Part shown: positions 1 through 8,770 of the stretch, one piece after another | Numbering within the stretch: position 1 is the stretch's first letter | Layout of the letters: every line of letters starts with the position of its first letter | Virus record (IMG/VR): IMGVR_UViG_3300036791_001038 | Coordinates: 1 to 64,000 of that record | DNA: 64,000 nt | Reading direction: 5' to 3' (one strand) | DNA from: a virus | Translations under genes and position numbers: made by a program | Notes under the pieces: model-generated | Seen by the model: the letters and a program-made list of their open reading frames with translations, nothing else | Told to the model about the DNA's origin: nothing | Databases searched by the model: none

Positions 1-136
1 CTGGACCGACCTCGTATCCGAGAGCGGCAAGCCATTTGAGTCACGGCGCATCAACCTGAAGGGCCTCAAGCCCCCCACCCCAGCCCGCTGGGCCAGCTTC
101 GGCTGGATGGTGGAGATCAACGGGGTGCTGGCATGA
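1..136 (+). CDS. 3' end of a hypothetical protein (truncated by window)
   Basis: Open frame 2 (WTDLVSESGK...GVLA*). Its TGA overlaps the next ATG (ATGA). Confidence 0.6.
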   Translation, partial: WTDLVSESGKPFESRRINLKGLKPPTPARWASFGWMVEINGVLA

Positions 137-348
137 GCCACACCCAGACCCGCACCTGGACCAAGGTTCGAGCCGGGGTCTATGCCTCGGGTGGCTACAC
201 CGTCGAGAAGCGCTACGACCGGGCCTCGGGTGGCTGGCAGTGGCGGCTCCGCAACCAGGAGCGCCCCGAGCGCCGCTACTACGAATGGTTCCCCACGCTG
301 GCCGACGCCAAGGACTTCGTGGCCCTCTGGGACGGCGAGGCGGATTGA
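133..348 (+). CDS. small hypothetical phage protein
   Basis: ATGA coupling, high GC3, C-terminal F-x-T-L-A-D-A-K typical of small phage proteins. Confidence 0.75.
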   Translation: MSHTQTRTWTKVRAGVYASGGYTVEKRYDRASGGWQWRLRNQERPERRYYEWFPTLADAKDFVALWDGEAD

Positions 349-374
349 TTTCCTCTAGCCCAACCTGTTAAGCT
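345..374 (+). promoter_or_regulatory. SigA-like promoter
   Basis: TTGATT(345-350)-N18-TAAGCT(369-374) with extended TG. Shares a motif with the sites at 2457 and 4923. Confidence 0.45.
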
Positions 375-380
375 GACCAC

Positions 381-590
381 CTTGACAGCCGATTTTTCAG
401 ATCCTCCGAGGCCGGGCGTAGTGGACCACCCGCCGGTCCCGGCAGAGGCGAGGTCCGCCCCTCCGCCCTGCCCCCCGGCCTCGGGGGAACCTCCGCTCCA
501 ACGGTGCTTTGTACTGTGGTGGTCATAGCGCCGTTCGGGGCCGCCAAACATCGCCGCCATCCTTCAAGGGGTGGCGGCGATGTTTATATT
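381..590 (+). ncRNA. candidate structured small RNA
   Basis: Lies between a promoter and a terminator with no credible ORF. Stems: 402-416/474-488, 421-427/452-458, 500-508/527-535. Confidence 0.4.
546..590. terminator. bidirectional intrinsic terminator
   Basis: 14-bp inverted repeat AAACATCGCCGCCA (546-559) / TGGCGGCGATGTTT (572-585) with T-rich ends, between convergent units. Confidence 0.8.
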
Positions 591-1084
591 TACGGCCCGG
601 TTTTGACGGGGCCAGACACGGCGTTGGCCAGCAGGCTCTGAGCCAGCTTGAACGAGTTCGACATCTGCTGGGCGGCGTGGGTCATGACCAGCTTGATCTG
701 GGCGTCAGCAGCCGGGTTGTGACCCCGCAGGGCCGGGTCGATCTCACAGCCGATGTCACGCATGAAGCGAGCGAAGGTGTCGGAGGTCAGCCATACCGCG
801 TGAGCGGCGTGGTTCTTCTCGATCACGGTCGGATGGGTGCCCGGCTTGGCCAGGATCTTCCAACGGGCCTTGGGGCCATAGCTCTCGCAGGCCACCACGT
901 ACCGGGTCCGTTTGCTGCCCTGCAGGCGGCGGTAGTCCTGCAGCCAGGTACTCATGTCCTCCACCGAGACGTTGACCATCTTGGCCAGGGTGGTGGCCCG
1001 GAACCCGGAGGGGTCGATGCCCCGGCGGCCGCGCATCGAGGTGATGTAGATGTCCAGCGCCCGGTCCACGATGTGGGGGGTCAC
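590..1084 (-). CDS. hypothetical protein (possible winged-helix-like DNA binder)
   Basis: GTG at 1084 overlaps the upstream TGA (GTGA). Good codon bias. Confidence 0.7.
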   Translation of the reverse strand: MTPHIVDRALDIYITSMRGRRGIDPSGFRATTLAKMVNVSVEDMSTWLQDYRRLQGSKRTRYVVACESYGPKARWKILAKPGTHPTVIEKNHAAHAVWLTSDTFARFMRDIGCEIDPALRGHNPAADAQIKLVMTHAAQQMSNSFKLAQSLLANAVSGPVKTGP

Positions 1085-1926
1085 TGCCCGATCCCCATGG
1101 CCGCCAGCCACTCTCGATCGGCGCTGGAGAGTTCGCCGTGGGTCTTGAACATGGCGATGTAATGCTCCAGCCGCTCCAGTTCGGCGGCCACCTCGGCGCG
1201 CTCCTCGGGGGAGTCCATCCCGAACTCCTCCTGGCACAGGATGGCCTCGGCCATGGCGGAGGTGGCGTTGCGGATGGCCCCGGCGATCAGGCTGGTCCGC
1301 ATGGTCTGGGCGGTGCGGGAGGCGTGACGACGAGTCTCTCGGCGGGCCTCATCCTCGTCGTAGGGCTCGGCCTCCACGCGGGCCTCGATGGCGGCCTCCT
1401 CGACCATCTCGATGGCCACCGGGTTCGAGGCGATGGCGTGCGCCACGGCCTGAGTGACGCTCTGGGCCACCATCTCGGGATGGTCCTCGGCTAGGCGGGA
1501 GATGACGATCTCGGCCGTGCGCTGGTCCAGGTTCTGGGCCATCACCTCGGCGTCGAGGTCCTGGCGCTCCAGGCTGCGGGCCACGGCCTTCTCGTCGCGG
1601 CGGACGTAGCGGGTGGGATCCCGATCGGCCACCTCGACCCAGGCGGCGTCGGGGAGGTCCACCTGGTCGCCTGGTGCCACCGGCTTGGATAGCCCGGCGT
1701 CGATGGAGTTCTGCCAGGAGTTGCGGTACCGGCGGATGGTCTCGGTGCCGCGCAGCCCGGTGATGCCCTGGTCCGCGAAGGCCTTGAGGGCGGGGCCAGA
1801 GCCGTCACCGGAGAAGGCGTACACGATGGCCGCCTTCTCCCATTCCTTGGCGATCAGCAGCCCCTCGATCCCTTCGAGGGCCGCAACGGCCTCACGAAGA
1901 GTTTGAGGAAGTTTAATGGTTGTCAG
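1081..1926 (-). CDS. hypothetical helical protein with probable CTG start
   Basis: ORF 1081-1824 stays open upstream to CTG at 1926, 6 nt after AAGGAG. An in-frame TAA lies just upstream. Confidence 0.75.
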   Translation of the reverse strand: MTTIKLPQTLREAVAALEGIEGLLIAKEWEKAAIVYAFSGDGSGPALKAFADQGITGLRGTETIRRYRNSWQNSIDAGLSKPVAPGDQVDLPDAAWVEVADRDPTRYVRRDEKAVARSLERQDLDAEVMAQNLDQRTAEIVISRLAEDHPEMVAQSVTQAVAHAIASNPVAIEMVEEAAIEARVEAEPYDEDEARRETRRHASRTAQTMRTSLIAGAIRNATSAMAEAILCQEEFGMDSPEERAEVAAELERLEHYIAMFKTHGELSSADREWLAAMGIGQ

Positions 1927-2086
1927 CGTACTCTCCTTGTCTTAGGCCACCCTGCCCCTTTGGAAAGCACATCCATGCATAGCGGTGGTTTGGCAAGCCT
2001 ACCTATGAACTTCGACCACCTCAAGTGTTGAATGGTTGGCCGCATCTGTCAAAAAGGTATCGATTCGGCTCAGTTTGACTCATTAG

Positions 2087-2136
2087 ATGTCGGGAAGTGT
2101 TGGATGGTGTCGGGCGGTGTTGGGCGGTACGGGGGG
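2087..2136 (+). repeat. five imperfect 10-bp direct repeats in divergent intergenic region
   Basis: ATGTCGGGAA/GTGTTGGATG/GTGTCGGGCG/GTGTTGGGCG/GTACGGGGGG. Confidence 0.6.
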
Positions 2137-2138
2137 AA

Positions 2139-2453
2139 GTGACCAAAGTCACATCATCAGAGCAGGCTTTGCGAGGCGAGATCATGGCCCAGGCCCTGGC
2201 CGCCCGGTTCTTCGATGACGAGCTTTGGGAGTGGAACCAGGTGGCCGACTGGCTGCTGGAGACCTACTTGCCCACCGAGGCCCGCCTGGGCCGTCTGAGA
2301 GCCCTCCTGGGCCTCCAGGGGGCCACCTACGTGACCTGGGAGGGTCCCGAGCCCGACGAGACCACCCAGATCATCCTGGACGGCCTGGGCATGCGTCTGG
2401 GCGTGCGTCGAAGCCATAGGCGCAACGAACGCGTGCTGCTCCTGGCGACTTGA
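2139..2453 (+). CDS. hypothetical protein
   Basis: ORF with phage-like codon usage. Start is GTG 2139 or ATG 2184. Confidence 0.65.
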   Translation: MTKVTSSEQALRGEIMAQALAARFFDDELWEWNQVADWLLETYLPTEARLGRLRALLGLQGATYVTWEGPEPDETTQIILDGLGMRLGVRRSHRRNERVLLLAT

Positions 2454-2478
2454 CCGCTCTAAGGAAACCTGCTAACTT
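2450..2478 (+). promoter_or_regulatory. SigA-like promoter
   Basis: TTGACC(2450-2455)-N17-TAACTT(2473-2478) with extended TGn. Confidence 0.65.
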
Positions 2479-2519
2479 GGGTGGTGATGCACAACGACCA
2501 CCACAGCGAGGTATCCCAG

Positions 2520-3236
2520 ATGAATCGCAGCCAGCTTCTCGAAGCCATGAACGCCAACAAGCCTGCTCCCCGCCCCCTGACCACCACCGAGCAGTCCGCC
2601 GCCGCGGGCTCCAAGTACGCCCGCCCCGACGTGGCCCGCCAGGCTGCCGCGGTGGCCCCTCAGCCCTCGGCCGTGACCGAGAAGCAGTCCAACTTCCTGC
2701 GGAAGCTCCTGACCGAGCGGGTGGGGATCACCGAGGCCGAGGACATCCGCAACGCCCTCAACCAGGCCCGCAGCGCCAAGACCCTGGACAAGGGCATGGC
2801 CTCCGAGTTCATCACCCGGCTGCTGGCCATCAAGCCCAACTCGGTGGTCCGCCAGGCCCCCATCTCCTCGGGCCTCCCCGGCCAGGACGGCACCCCGCCG
2901 CTGGCCAAGTCCGATGACGCCTGGAAGCGCCCGGACTGCGTGCCCGACGGCCAGTACGCATTGCGGGGCGAGGACGGGATCATCCGCTTCTACAGCGTCA
3001 ACACCAACGACGGGATCTGCTGGGTGGCCGTCCACGCCTCTGACGAGCGCCACAACATCAAGGGCCGCAGCCGCCACCAGATCCTCGACGCCATCGCCGC
3101 CGATCCCCGCTCCGCCGCCATCCTGTTCGGTCATGAGACCAACCACTGCGGGCGCTGCGGTCGGGAGCTTACCGACGAGGTCAGCCGGGCCAACGGGATC
3201 GGCCCCGTGTGTGCCAGGAAGGTTGGGTGGGCATGA
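2520..3236 (+). CDS. DUF6011-type zinc-finger protein
   Basis: C-terminal CGRCGRELTDEVSRANGIGPVC. GAGG RBS before ATG 2520; a leaderless start at 2487 is also possible. Confidence 0.8.
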   Translation: MNRSQLLEAMNANKPAPRPLTTTEQSAAAGSKYARPDVARQAAAVAPQPSAVTEKQSNFLRKLLTERVGITEAEDIRNALNQARSAKTLDKGMASEFITRLLAIKPNSVVRQAPISSGLPGQDGTPPLAKSDDAWKRPDCVPDGQYALRGEDGIIRFYSVNTNDGICWVAVHASDERHNIKGRSRHQILDAIAADPRSAAILFGHETNHCGRCGRELTDEVSRANGIGPVCARKVGWA

Positions 3237-3451
3237 ACCCTGAGCAGTCCGAGATCGAAGAGGGGGCTTCGGCCCCCTCTTCTGTCGTTGAGCCCGACGG
3301 TTACTTCATCGCTCATCACCGCATGACCGATACCCAGTACTTCGGGCCGTTCAAGACGGTGGCCGAGGCCAACGCCTGGTGTTACGATCATCCTGGCGTT
3401 CGAGGTAACATCATTCCCATGTGGCTCACCGTGGATTGGAACCGGCGCTAG
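3233..3451 (+). CDS. small hypothetical protein
   Basis: ATGA overlap with the upstream gene. Contains YFGPFKTVAEANAW. Confidence 0.7.
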   Translation: MNPEQSEIEEGASAPSSVVEPDGYFIAHHRMTDTQYFGPFKTVAEANAWCYDHPGVRGNIIPMWLTVDWNRR

Positions 3452-3480
3452 TTCATCTGAAGAATGGTGCAAGGTGTCGA

Positions 3481-3509
3481 TTGCGTTGCGCTGGGCTAGG
3501 TATTACTCT
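3481..3509 (+). promoter_or_regulatory. SigA-like promoter
   Basis: TTGCGT-N17-TACTCT upstream of ORF 3559. Confidence 0.45.
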
Positions 3510-3558
3510 CGAATCTTCGAATCTTCGATGACATCGATGAAAGGACGCGCAATCGTCT

Positions 3559-4068
3559 ATGCCTGCTGCCGCCAGTAAAAAGCCCCGTCGGGACCGCTAC
3601 GTCGGCCCCATCAAGCTCGAAGACACCAAGATGGAGACGATAGAGCGTAAAACGAACGTGCCCAAGGTAGACCTGCGTGACTACATCGAGGGGCTGAAGG
3701 CCTCCAAGACCTCCGGTCAGTCTGTCGGTCACACCATCGTGGAGGCCAGCGTCAACATCCTCAAGAGCCGCTACCGCCAGGCCGCCGGACAGCTTGGCTA
3801 CGGGGTCAGCTTCACCCTCATCCCGGCCGGGTCCGAACTGGCCACCGAGCGGGGCTACGAGCTTGCCGACGGCGATGCCCGCCTACTGGTCACCGCCGGG
3901 GAGAAGCAGGTCCGGGCACCCAAGCCCGCCGAGGGAGCCAGCGGGGCTCCTGCGGGCGCTGAGGGGTCCCAGGACGCCTCCCAGGACGGTGCCGCTGAGG
4001 AGGCCCCCAAGAGCCCCGAGGAACTGGCCGAGATGGCCGAGGTGGTCGGGGCGCAACCCGCAGGCTGA
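3559..4068 (+). CDS. hypothetical protein (basic N-term, acidic disordered C-term)
   Basis: ORF with AAGGA upstream and good codon bias. Confidence 0.75.
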   Translation: MPAAASKKPRRDRYVGPIKLEDTKMETIERKTNVPKVDLRDYIEGLKASKTSGQSVGHTIVEASVNILKSRYRQAAGQLGYGVSFTLIPAGSELATERGYELADGDARLLVTAGEKQVRAPKPAEGASGAPAGAEGSQDASQDGAAEEAPKSPEELAEMAEVVGAQPAG

Positions 4069-4094
4069 CCGTATCCCCCTACGATCGAGGACCG

Positions 4095-4427
4095 ATGCCC
4101 TCGAAGTTCTACCGTCCACCCACCGAGGTCCCCATCCAGGAGATTGACACGGCCGAGAGCGTTCGCCGTGTCAATCTCCTTAACATCATCCAGACCATGA
4201 TCACCAACGGCATGTGCGTGTCAGCCGCCACTCTGGCTCGGGACCATCAGGTGCAGTTCAAGCCGGAGACCTTGCGCGCCTGGACGCGTGATCCCCATCA
4301 GGGTCCTTACTACGACCATCGCAAGGTCTATGCCTGGGTGGTCCGCCAAGATGAGCCCAAGACCCTGACGTTATCCACCCGCCGTCACATGCGCCGGTTC
4401 GTGAGGAGTTCATCGAAGGTAGCTTGA
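4095..4427 (+). CDS. hypothetical protein, possible HTH
   Basis: GAGG RBS. Segment SAATLA...PETLRAW is HTH-like. Confidence 0.65.
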   Translation: MPSKFYRPPTEVPIQEIDTAESVRRVNLLNIIQTMITNGMCVSAATLARDHQVQFKPETLRAWTRDPHQGPYYDHRKVYAWVVRQDEPKTLTLSTRRHMRRFVRSSSKVA

Positions 4428-4918
4428 TATTTCGCCTGACATCTTCGAGGGGAACGTTCCTTGTAAGAGGTGTGAGAGCGAAAGACATCAAGCGAGGGGA
4501 CCTGGTGGTAGTGGCCGGTCCCGACCGCCGCAACATCGTCATGGTGACCAGGGTGTGGCCGCGCATCTTCAACGGGGTGCTGATCCACACCTGCCCGGAG
4601 ATGGCCACCGACGCCGACGTGGTCCTGCCGAAGGGCGCGGTGGCCCCCTACCCGGTCATCCTCCAGTTCGACCTGTACGGGGCCTTCTACCGGTCCCAGG
4701 TGGTCAAGACCACCGGCCATGTGCCCATCGATGACATGAGCCGCGCCCCGGTGGGCCATGACCCCTACGAGGTCACCCGCCGGGTGGCCACCCACCTCAA
4801 CGCCGGGCGGGGCCTGCCCTGCTGGCGGGGCACCGGGCGCTGGCGCTTCAAGGAGGAGCAGTTGATCGAGGAGCTACGGCCCCTGACCTCTGCCCTCCTC
4901 AGCCGCACCTTCAGGTAG
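4424..4918 (+). CDS. hypothetical protein
   Basis: TTGA overlap with the previous stop, high GC3. Confidence 0.65.
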   Translation: MIFRLTSSRGTFLVRGVRAKDIKRGDLVVVAGPDRRNIVMVTRVWPRIFNGVLIHTCPEMATDADVVLPKGAVAPYPVILQFDLYGAFYRSQVVKTTGHVPIDDMSRAPVGHDPYEVTRRVATHLNAGRGLPCWRGTGRWRFKEEQLIEELRPLTSALLSRTFR

Positions 4919-4934
4919 TCTTCTCTAAGATGAC

Positions 4935-4963
4935 TTGCTAATCGGCGGAGCCTGTAGTAGGGT
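4935..4963 (+). promoter_or_regulatory. SigA-like promoter, probably leaderless transcript
   Basis: TTGCTA-N17-TAGGGT, with GTG start 7 nt downstream and no RBS. Confidence 0.6.
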
Positions 4964-4970
4964 GCTTGCC

Positions 4971-5504
4971 GTGACCACCACCCATGTCCTTTATCCCGAT
5001 CGGGTCGTCCTGCGCTCCGGTCGCCTGGCCGATGTCGATGAGCGCGGCCGGGCCGAACTGGTGACCTGCCCCTGGCTGGTCCAGGTGCCCTCCGGCCATC
5101 CCGAGCCCGACTCCGAGGCCGACTGCTGGCTGACCATCCCCTGCGGGGCTCCGGCCTTCGCCATCGACGGTGACGCCGACGCCGGTTGGCGCTGCTCGAA
5201 CGGCCACCACCACTTCACCTACGGCTCCGCCCGCCAGCGGGCCGAGGAGCAGGCCGAGGCGGCCGTGGAGTATGCCGCCTCCTACGACCCCAATATCGCC
5301 CGCCGCCTGGACGACGGGGAGTCCTGGCAGGCCATCGCCGGGTATACCGACTCCGAGTTCGAGCGTGAGTTCGAGGCCGACGCCGAAGAGGAGCGCGAGG
5401 CCACCGAGGAGTACTACGAGCGCCAGGCCGAGGCCCGCCAGGAGGCCCGCCTGGACGCCCGCGACGAGGCCCGCGAGTGGGGCGGAGAGGACATCCCCTC
5501 ATGA
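4971..5504 (+). CDS. hypothetical protein (Cys/His cluster, acidic tail)
   Basis: ORF with motif CGAP...WRCSNGHHH. First gene of an ATGA-coupled operon. Confidence 0.75.
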   Translation: MTTTHVLYPDRVVLRSGRLADVDERGRAELVTCPWLVQVPSGHPEPDSEADCWLTIPCGAPAFAIDGDADAGWRCSNGHHHFTYGSARQRAEEQAEAAVEYAASYDPNIARRLDDGESWQAIAGYTDSEFEREFEADAEEEREATEEYYERQAEARQEARLDARDEAREWGGEDIPS

Positions 5505-5935
5505 GCAAGCTCTCCGCCGCTGACACCGCCCGGCTGACCCGCATCGAGGAGAAGCTGCGAGCGCAGCTACGCCGGGACCGGGCCAAGCCCTCCCGCCGGG
5601 TGGGGGTCGAGCCCGACGGCACCATCATCGTCAACCCCTCGGGCATCGCCTGCGGGCTGGCCATCGCCATCGAACACCTCACCGGAGAGGACTCCGACAC
5701 CATCCTGAAGCGGGTGGGTGACTCCCTCGAACCGGTACCCGCACCCGCACCCGAGCCCGCCGAGACGGCCATCGTCATCAGCGTGCCCGACACCGACGGC
5801 ATCCAGGTGCTGGTACGCCTGCCCGGCCACATCGCCAAGGATGACGTGGCCGTGGACTTCCGCCCCGATCGCCACGCTTCTTGGACCCCGGCCGAGTGCT
5901 TCGGGGAACTCCGGGTGGCGGTGCGCCACCAATGA
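5501..5935 (+). CDS. hypothetical protein
   Basis: ATGA coupling, GGAGAGG RBS. Confidence 0.7.
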   Translation: MSKLSAADTARLTRIEEKLRAQLRRDRAKPSRRVGVEPDGTIIVNPSGIACGLAIAIEHLTGEDSDTILKRVGDSLEPVPAPAPEPAETAIVISVPDTDGIQVLVRLPGHIAKDDVAVDFRPDRHASWTPAECFGELRVAVRHQ

Positions 5936-6084
5936 CCATCCGCTACCGGGCTCAGGTCCAGGGCGTCAACGGCTGGGTCGATGGCGGCCTGTTCGTCAAG
6001 CGCGAGGACGCCGTCACCGATGGCGTGCGCCTGGCCGCCCTCTATCAGGCCCCTACCCGCGTCATCGAGGAGACCACCCCATGA
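5932..6084 (+). CDS. small hypothetical protein
   Basis: ATGA coupling at both ends. Confidence 0.65.
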   Translation: MTIRYRAQVQGVNGWVDGGLFVKREDAVTDGVRLAALYQAPTRVIEETTP

Positions 6085-6581
6085 TCACTACCGCCACCCG
6101 CCCCGAACGTGACGGCTGGGGCAACCGCCCCGACGGTTTCCGGCCCTTCTTCTGCAACGGCCGCCCGGACGGCTCCAACTACACCCTGACCATGCTCGAC
6201 GCCATGATCCACGCCTGCCAGTTCGCCCTGGGCGTGGACTACGACGGCCAGGATCCCGAGTGGCAGCAACTCTACGACTGGGCCGGACTGTGGCTGCCCA
6301 AGCTGCAGGCGGCCAAGGCGGCTCCGCCCTGCGACGAGAAGCTGGTGCCCGAGGCGCCCTGGATCCCCGCCGACAAGACGGCCCGCATGGGCCTCTACCA
6401 GGTGTGCGAGGACTTCGTGGAGTACGAGCATCAGCAGGCTGTTGTCGTCCGCAACGATTGGGGCCATCCCACCGGAGCCTACGAGTACGACGACAACGAA
6501 ACCTATTGGCTTGTTACCCTCTTAGAGGGCTCTTCCATCGTCCTAGATCCCGACCAGTTCAAGGAGCTAACCACCACATGA
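6081..6581 (+). CDS. hypothetical protein
   Basis: GAGGAG RBS, ATGA coupling. Confidence 0.75.
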   Translation: MITTATRPERDGWGNRPDGFRPFFCNGRPDGSNYTLTMLDAMIHACQFALGVDYDGQDPEWQQLYDWAGLWLPKLQAAKAAPPCDEKLVPEAPWIPADKTARMGLYQVCEDFVEYEHQQAVVVRNDWGHPTGAYEYDDNETYWLVTLLEGSSIVLDPDQFKELTTT

Positions 6582-6823
6582 CCACCACCGAATCCACCAC
6601 CCCCAAAGAGCGTCATGCCTTCGGCCTTGACGTGGCCCGCAACGACCTGCAGGCCGGTGTCATCGCCCGGCCCACCGAGCGGTCCATGTCCGGCAACATC
6701 ATCCTCGAAGCCGGGCAGTCTCTGGCCTCGGGCGGCTGGCACAAGACCCTGCACATCGTGCTGACCCCCGACGAGGCGGCCGAGTTCCACGCCGCCCTGG
6801 GCCAGCTACTGGAGCAGTCATGA
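6578..6823 (+). CDS. hypothetical protein
   Basis: AAGGAG RBS. C-terminal I-V-L-T-P-D-E-A motif. Confidence 0.7.
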   Translation: MTTTESTTPKERHAFGLDVARNDLQAGVIARPTERSMSGNIILEAGQSLASGGWHKTLHIVLTPDEAAEFHAALGQLLEQS

Positions 6824-7107
6824 CCACTGCCAACGCCCCCCTGCCCCAGATCCCCAAGACCTACCACCGCTACGCCATGGAGCCCACCGAGCGCATCAAC
6901 AGCTTTGCGGACCAGGCCCAAGCCATCCTGGAGAACCTGGACGAGCAGCAGCGCCGGGCGGCAGCGGGTGTTGAGGGCGAGGAGGAGCATCCCGTCGCCA
7001 TCATCGCCATCGCCTTGGCCGCCGCTTATGTGGAGGGAGCCCAGGATGGTCGCGGCCATGGTTACGCCGATGGTTTTCTGCGTGGGAAGGGCGGTCCCAC
7101 GCCATGA
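6820..7107 (+). CDS. hypothetical protein
   Basis: GGAG RBS, ATGA coupling. Confidence 0.7.
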   Translation: MTTANAPLPQIPKTYHRYAMEPTERINSFADQAQAILENLDEQQRRAAAGVEGEEEHPVAIIAIALAAAYVEGAQDGRGHGYADGFLRGKGGPTP

Positions 7108-7430
7108 GAATCGAAGGCCCCATCATCAACAAGACCGTCGAGGTCCCGGCCCACACCATCGAGGTCCTCGACATCGACGCCTACTGGAACCTGGACTACC
7201 AGGGCAACCTGGCCGACGAGGGCGACCAGCCCATGTGCCTCTACGCCAAGGTGGCCTGGCCCACCCTGGCCGACGCCATGCGTCAGTTCCAGACCGAGCG
7301 CCTGGCCCGCGAAGCCGAGGGCCAGAAGGCCCGCAAGGGCACCCAGGAGGCCCGTAGAGCAGCCCTCAGGGCTCGCAAGGTGCAAGGCCGGGCCTATGCG
7401 GCCCAGCGCGCTCAGGAGGCTCAGGCATGA
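7104..7430 (+). CDS. hypothetical protein
   Basis: ATGA coupling, codon bias. Confidence 0.7.
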   Translation: MRIEGPIINKTVEVPAHTIEVLDIDAYWNLDYQGNLADEGDQPMCLYAKVAWPTLADAMRQFQTERLAREAEGQKARKGTQEARRAALRARKVQGRAYAAQRAQEAQA

Positions 7431-7810
7431 CCCTGCCGGGTAGCAAGCGCCTCGGGGATCCCATCACCACCGGGCAGGCCACCTGGGCCATCCTGAGGGA
7501 GATCAAGACGCCGATCGTAGGTGATCTGACCCTGTATAGCTCGGTGGGATACGCCTTGCAGCACTGTTGCAAAGAGGAGGTGTACGCCTGCCTGTCCGGT
7601 GGTGAGAAGCGCCTCGTCAACATCGCCATGGGCGTGCATGGCGGCGACGAGGACTACGTCGGCTCAGGGGTGGCGGCCCTGGGTGGGCTCGACCGCACCC
7701 TGCGCCGCAAGATATGGATCATCCTCGGGTACCTGTACTTGGGCCATGATCTGGCCTGGAACTCGGAGAATGAGGACCTGATCGACTGGAGCGTGCTGCG
7801 TGAACGGTGA
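7427..7810 (+). CDS. hypothetical protein
   Basis: AGGAGG RBS, ATGA coupling. Confidence 0.75.
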   Translation: MTLPGSKRLGDPITTGQATWAILREIKTPIVGDLTLYSSVGYALQHCCKEEVYACLSGGEKRLVNIAMGVHGGDEDYVGSGVAALGGLDRTLRRKIWIILGYLYLGHDLAWNSENEDLIDWSVLRER

Positions 7811-7816
7811 GGCCCG

Positions 7817-8017
7817 GTGATCGGAGACCAGAAGGAGATCCCCGCCATCGAGATCGAGATCGGGGATCTCCTGTGGCTGGCCGACTCCTGGGCCAAGGTC
7901 ACCGGCTGGTACCTGGGGGCCAAGGGCAAGGTCCGCATCGAGGTCAACGACCGCTGGATCGAGAGGTCCAAGTCCCAGCGGGTCTGGGTGCAGCGACAAG
8001 GAGAGAACGATGCCTGA
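7817..8017 (+). CDS. small beta-rich hypothetical protein
   Basis: GAGG RBS. I-x-x-G-D pattern typical of small SH3-like phage proteins. Confidence 0.65.
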   Translation: MIGDQKEIPAIEIEIGDLLWLADSWAKVTGWYLGAKGKVRIEVNDRWIERSKSQRVWVQRQGENDA

Positions 8018-8273
8018 CGCAGATGGTTGGATAACCGAGGCCGAGACCGAACTGATGGGCCTTTCGCCGGAGCAGGGTGGGGTGTGTGGCTGGTGCGCGG
8101 CGCCCCTGGCCGGTGACCCCGACGCCGAGGACCAGGGTCAACCCGCGGGTCGCCCCCTTACTGAACGCCAGCCTGATGGCACCTATCTGGTGGTCGGATA
8201 CGCGTCTACTCCTACCCATGACTGGCGTTGCGGCAAGTGCGTTCGGGGCGAGAGCGAAGGTCTGATGCGGTGA
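8010..8273 (+). CDS. hypothetical Zn-binding protein
   Basis: CGWC...CGKC, AAGGAG RBS. Confidence 0.65.
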   Translation: MPDADGWITEAETELMGLSPEQGGVCGWCAAPLAGDPDAEDQGQPAGRPLTERQPDGTYLVVGYASTPTHDWRCGKCVRGESEGLMR

Positions 8274-8340
8274 CGCGCTGGCGCTACCGCTGGCGTTGCG
8301 AGATGGCCATCGCTCCCCGGCGGTGGAGATGCCGACGCCG

Positions 8341-8538
8341 ATGAGTTGCCCGGTCTGTGATCAGCCGCCGCTCACCGAGTGGCGCTGCTGGTCCTGGTAC
8401 ACCCTGCTCGGGGTCCGCCACGCCTGCCGCCTGCGGGTCAACCATCCCAGGTCCCACCACGGCGACGGGCTGCGCTGGTGGACTTACGGCAACCAGCGCA
8501 CCGCCAAGGTGCGCTGTGCCCAGGCCCTGCCCCGATGA
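8341..8538 (+). CDS. small Cys/His-rich hypothetical protein
   Basis: MSCPVC...HAC..H..HH, GGAG upstream. Confidence 0.5.
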   Translation: MSCPVCDQPPLTEWRCWSWYTLLGVRHACRLRVNHPRSHHGDGLRWWTYGNQRTAKVRCAQALPR

Positions 8539-8590
8539 ACCGGCTATGGTGGCGGGATTAGCAGTTGTTCTTGACAAGGAGGCAATCCTG

Positions 8591-8767
8591 ATGGAACCGC
8601 TTGAATGGCACCGGTACAAGCACATGCGACGCGGCAACGCCCGGATGGCGGCTGTCTCCATGGATAACGCCCTGCTACGCCGCTACGGCACCGAATGGAC
8701 CGGCCGGGTGCCCTGGGTCTGCACCCAGGAGTTCGTCCGCGAATGCCATCATCGGGGGCTGATCTAA
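8591..8767 (+). CDS. small hypothetical protein
   Basis: AAGGAGG RBS 8 nt before ATG. Confidence 0.6.
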   Translation: MEPLEWHRYKHMRRGNARMAAVSMDNALLRRYGTEWTGRVPWVCTQEFVRECHHRGLI

Positions 8768-8770
8768 GCC

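Noticed and set aside
382-387. Perfect TTGACA -35 box
   Set aside because: No TANNNT at 16-19 nt spacing. The upstream TTGATT/TAAGCT pair fits better.
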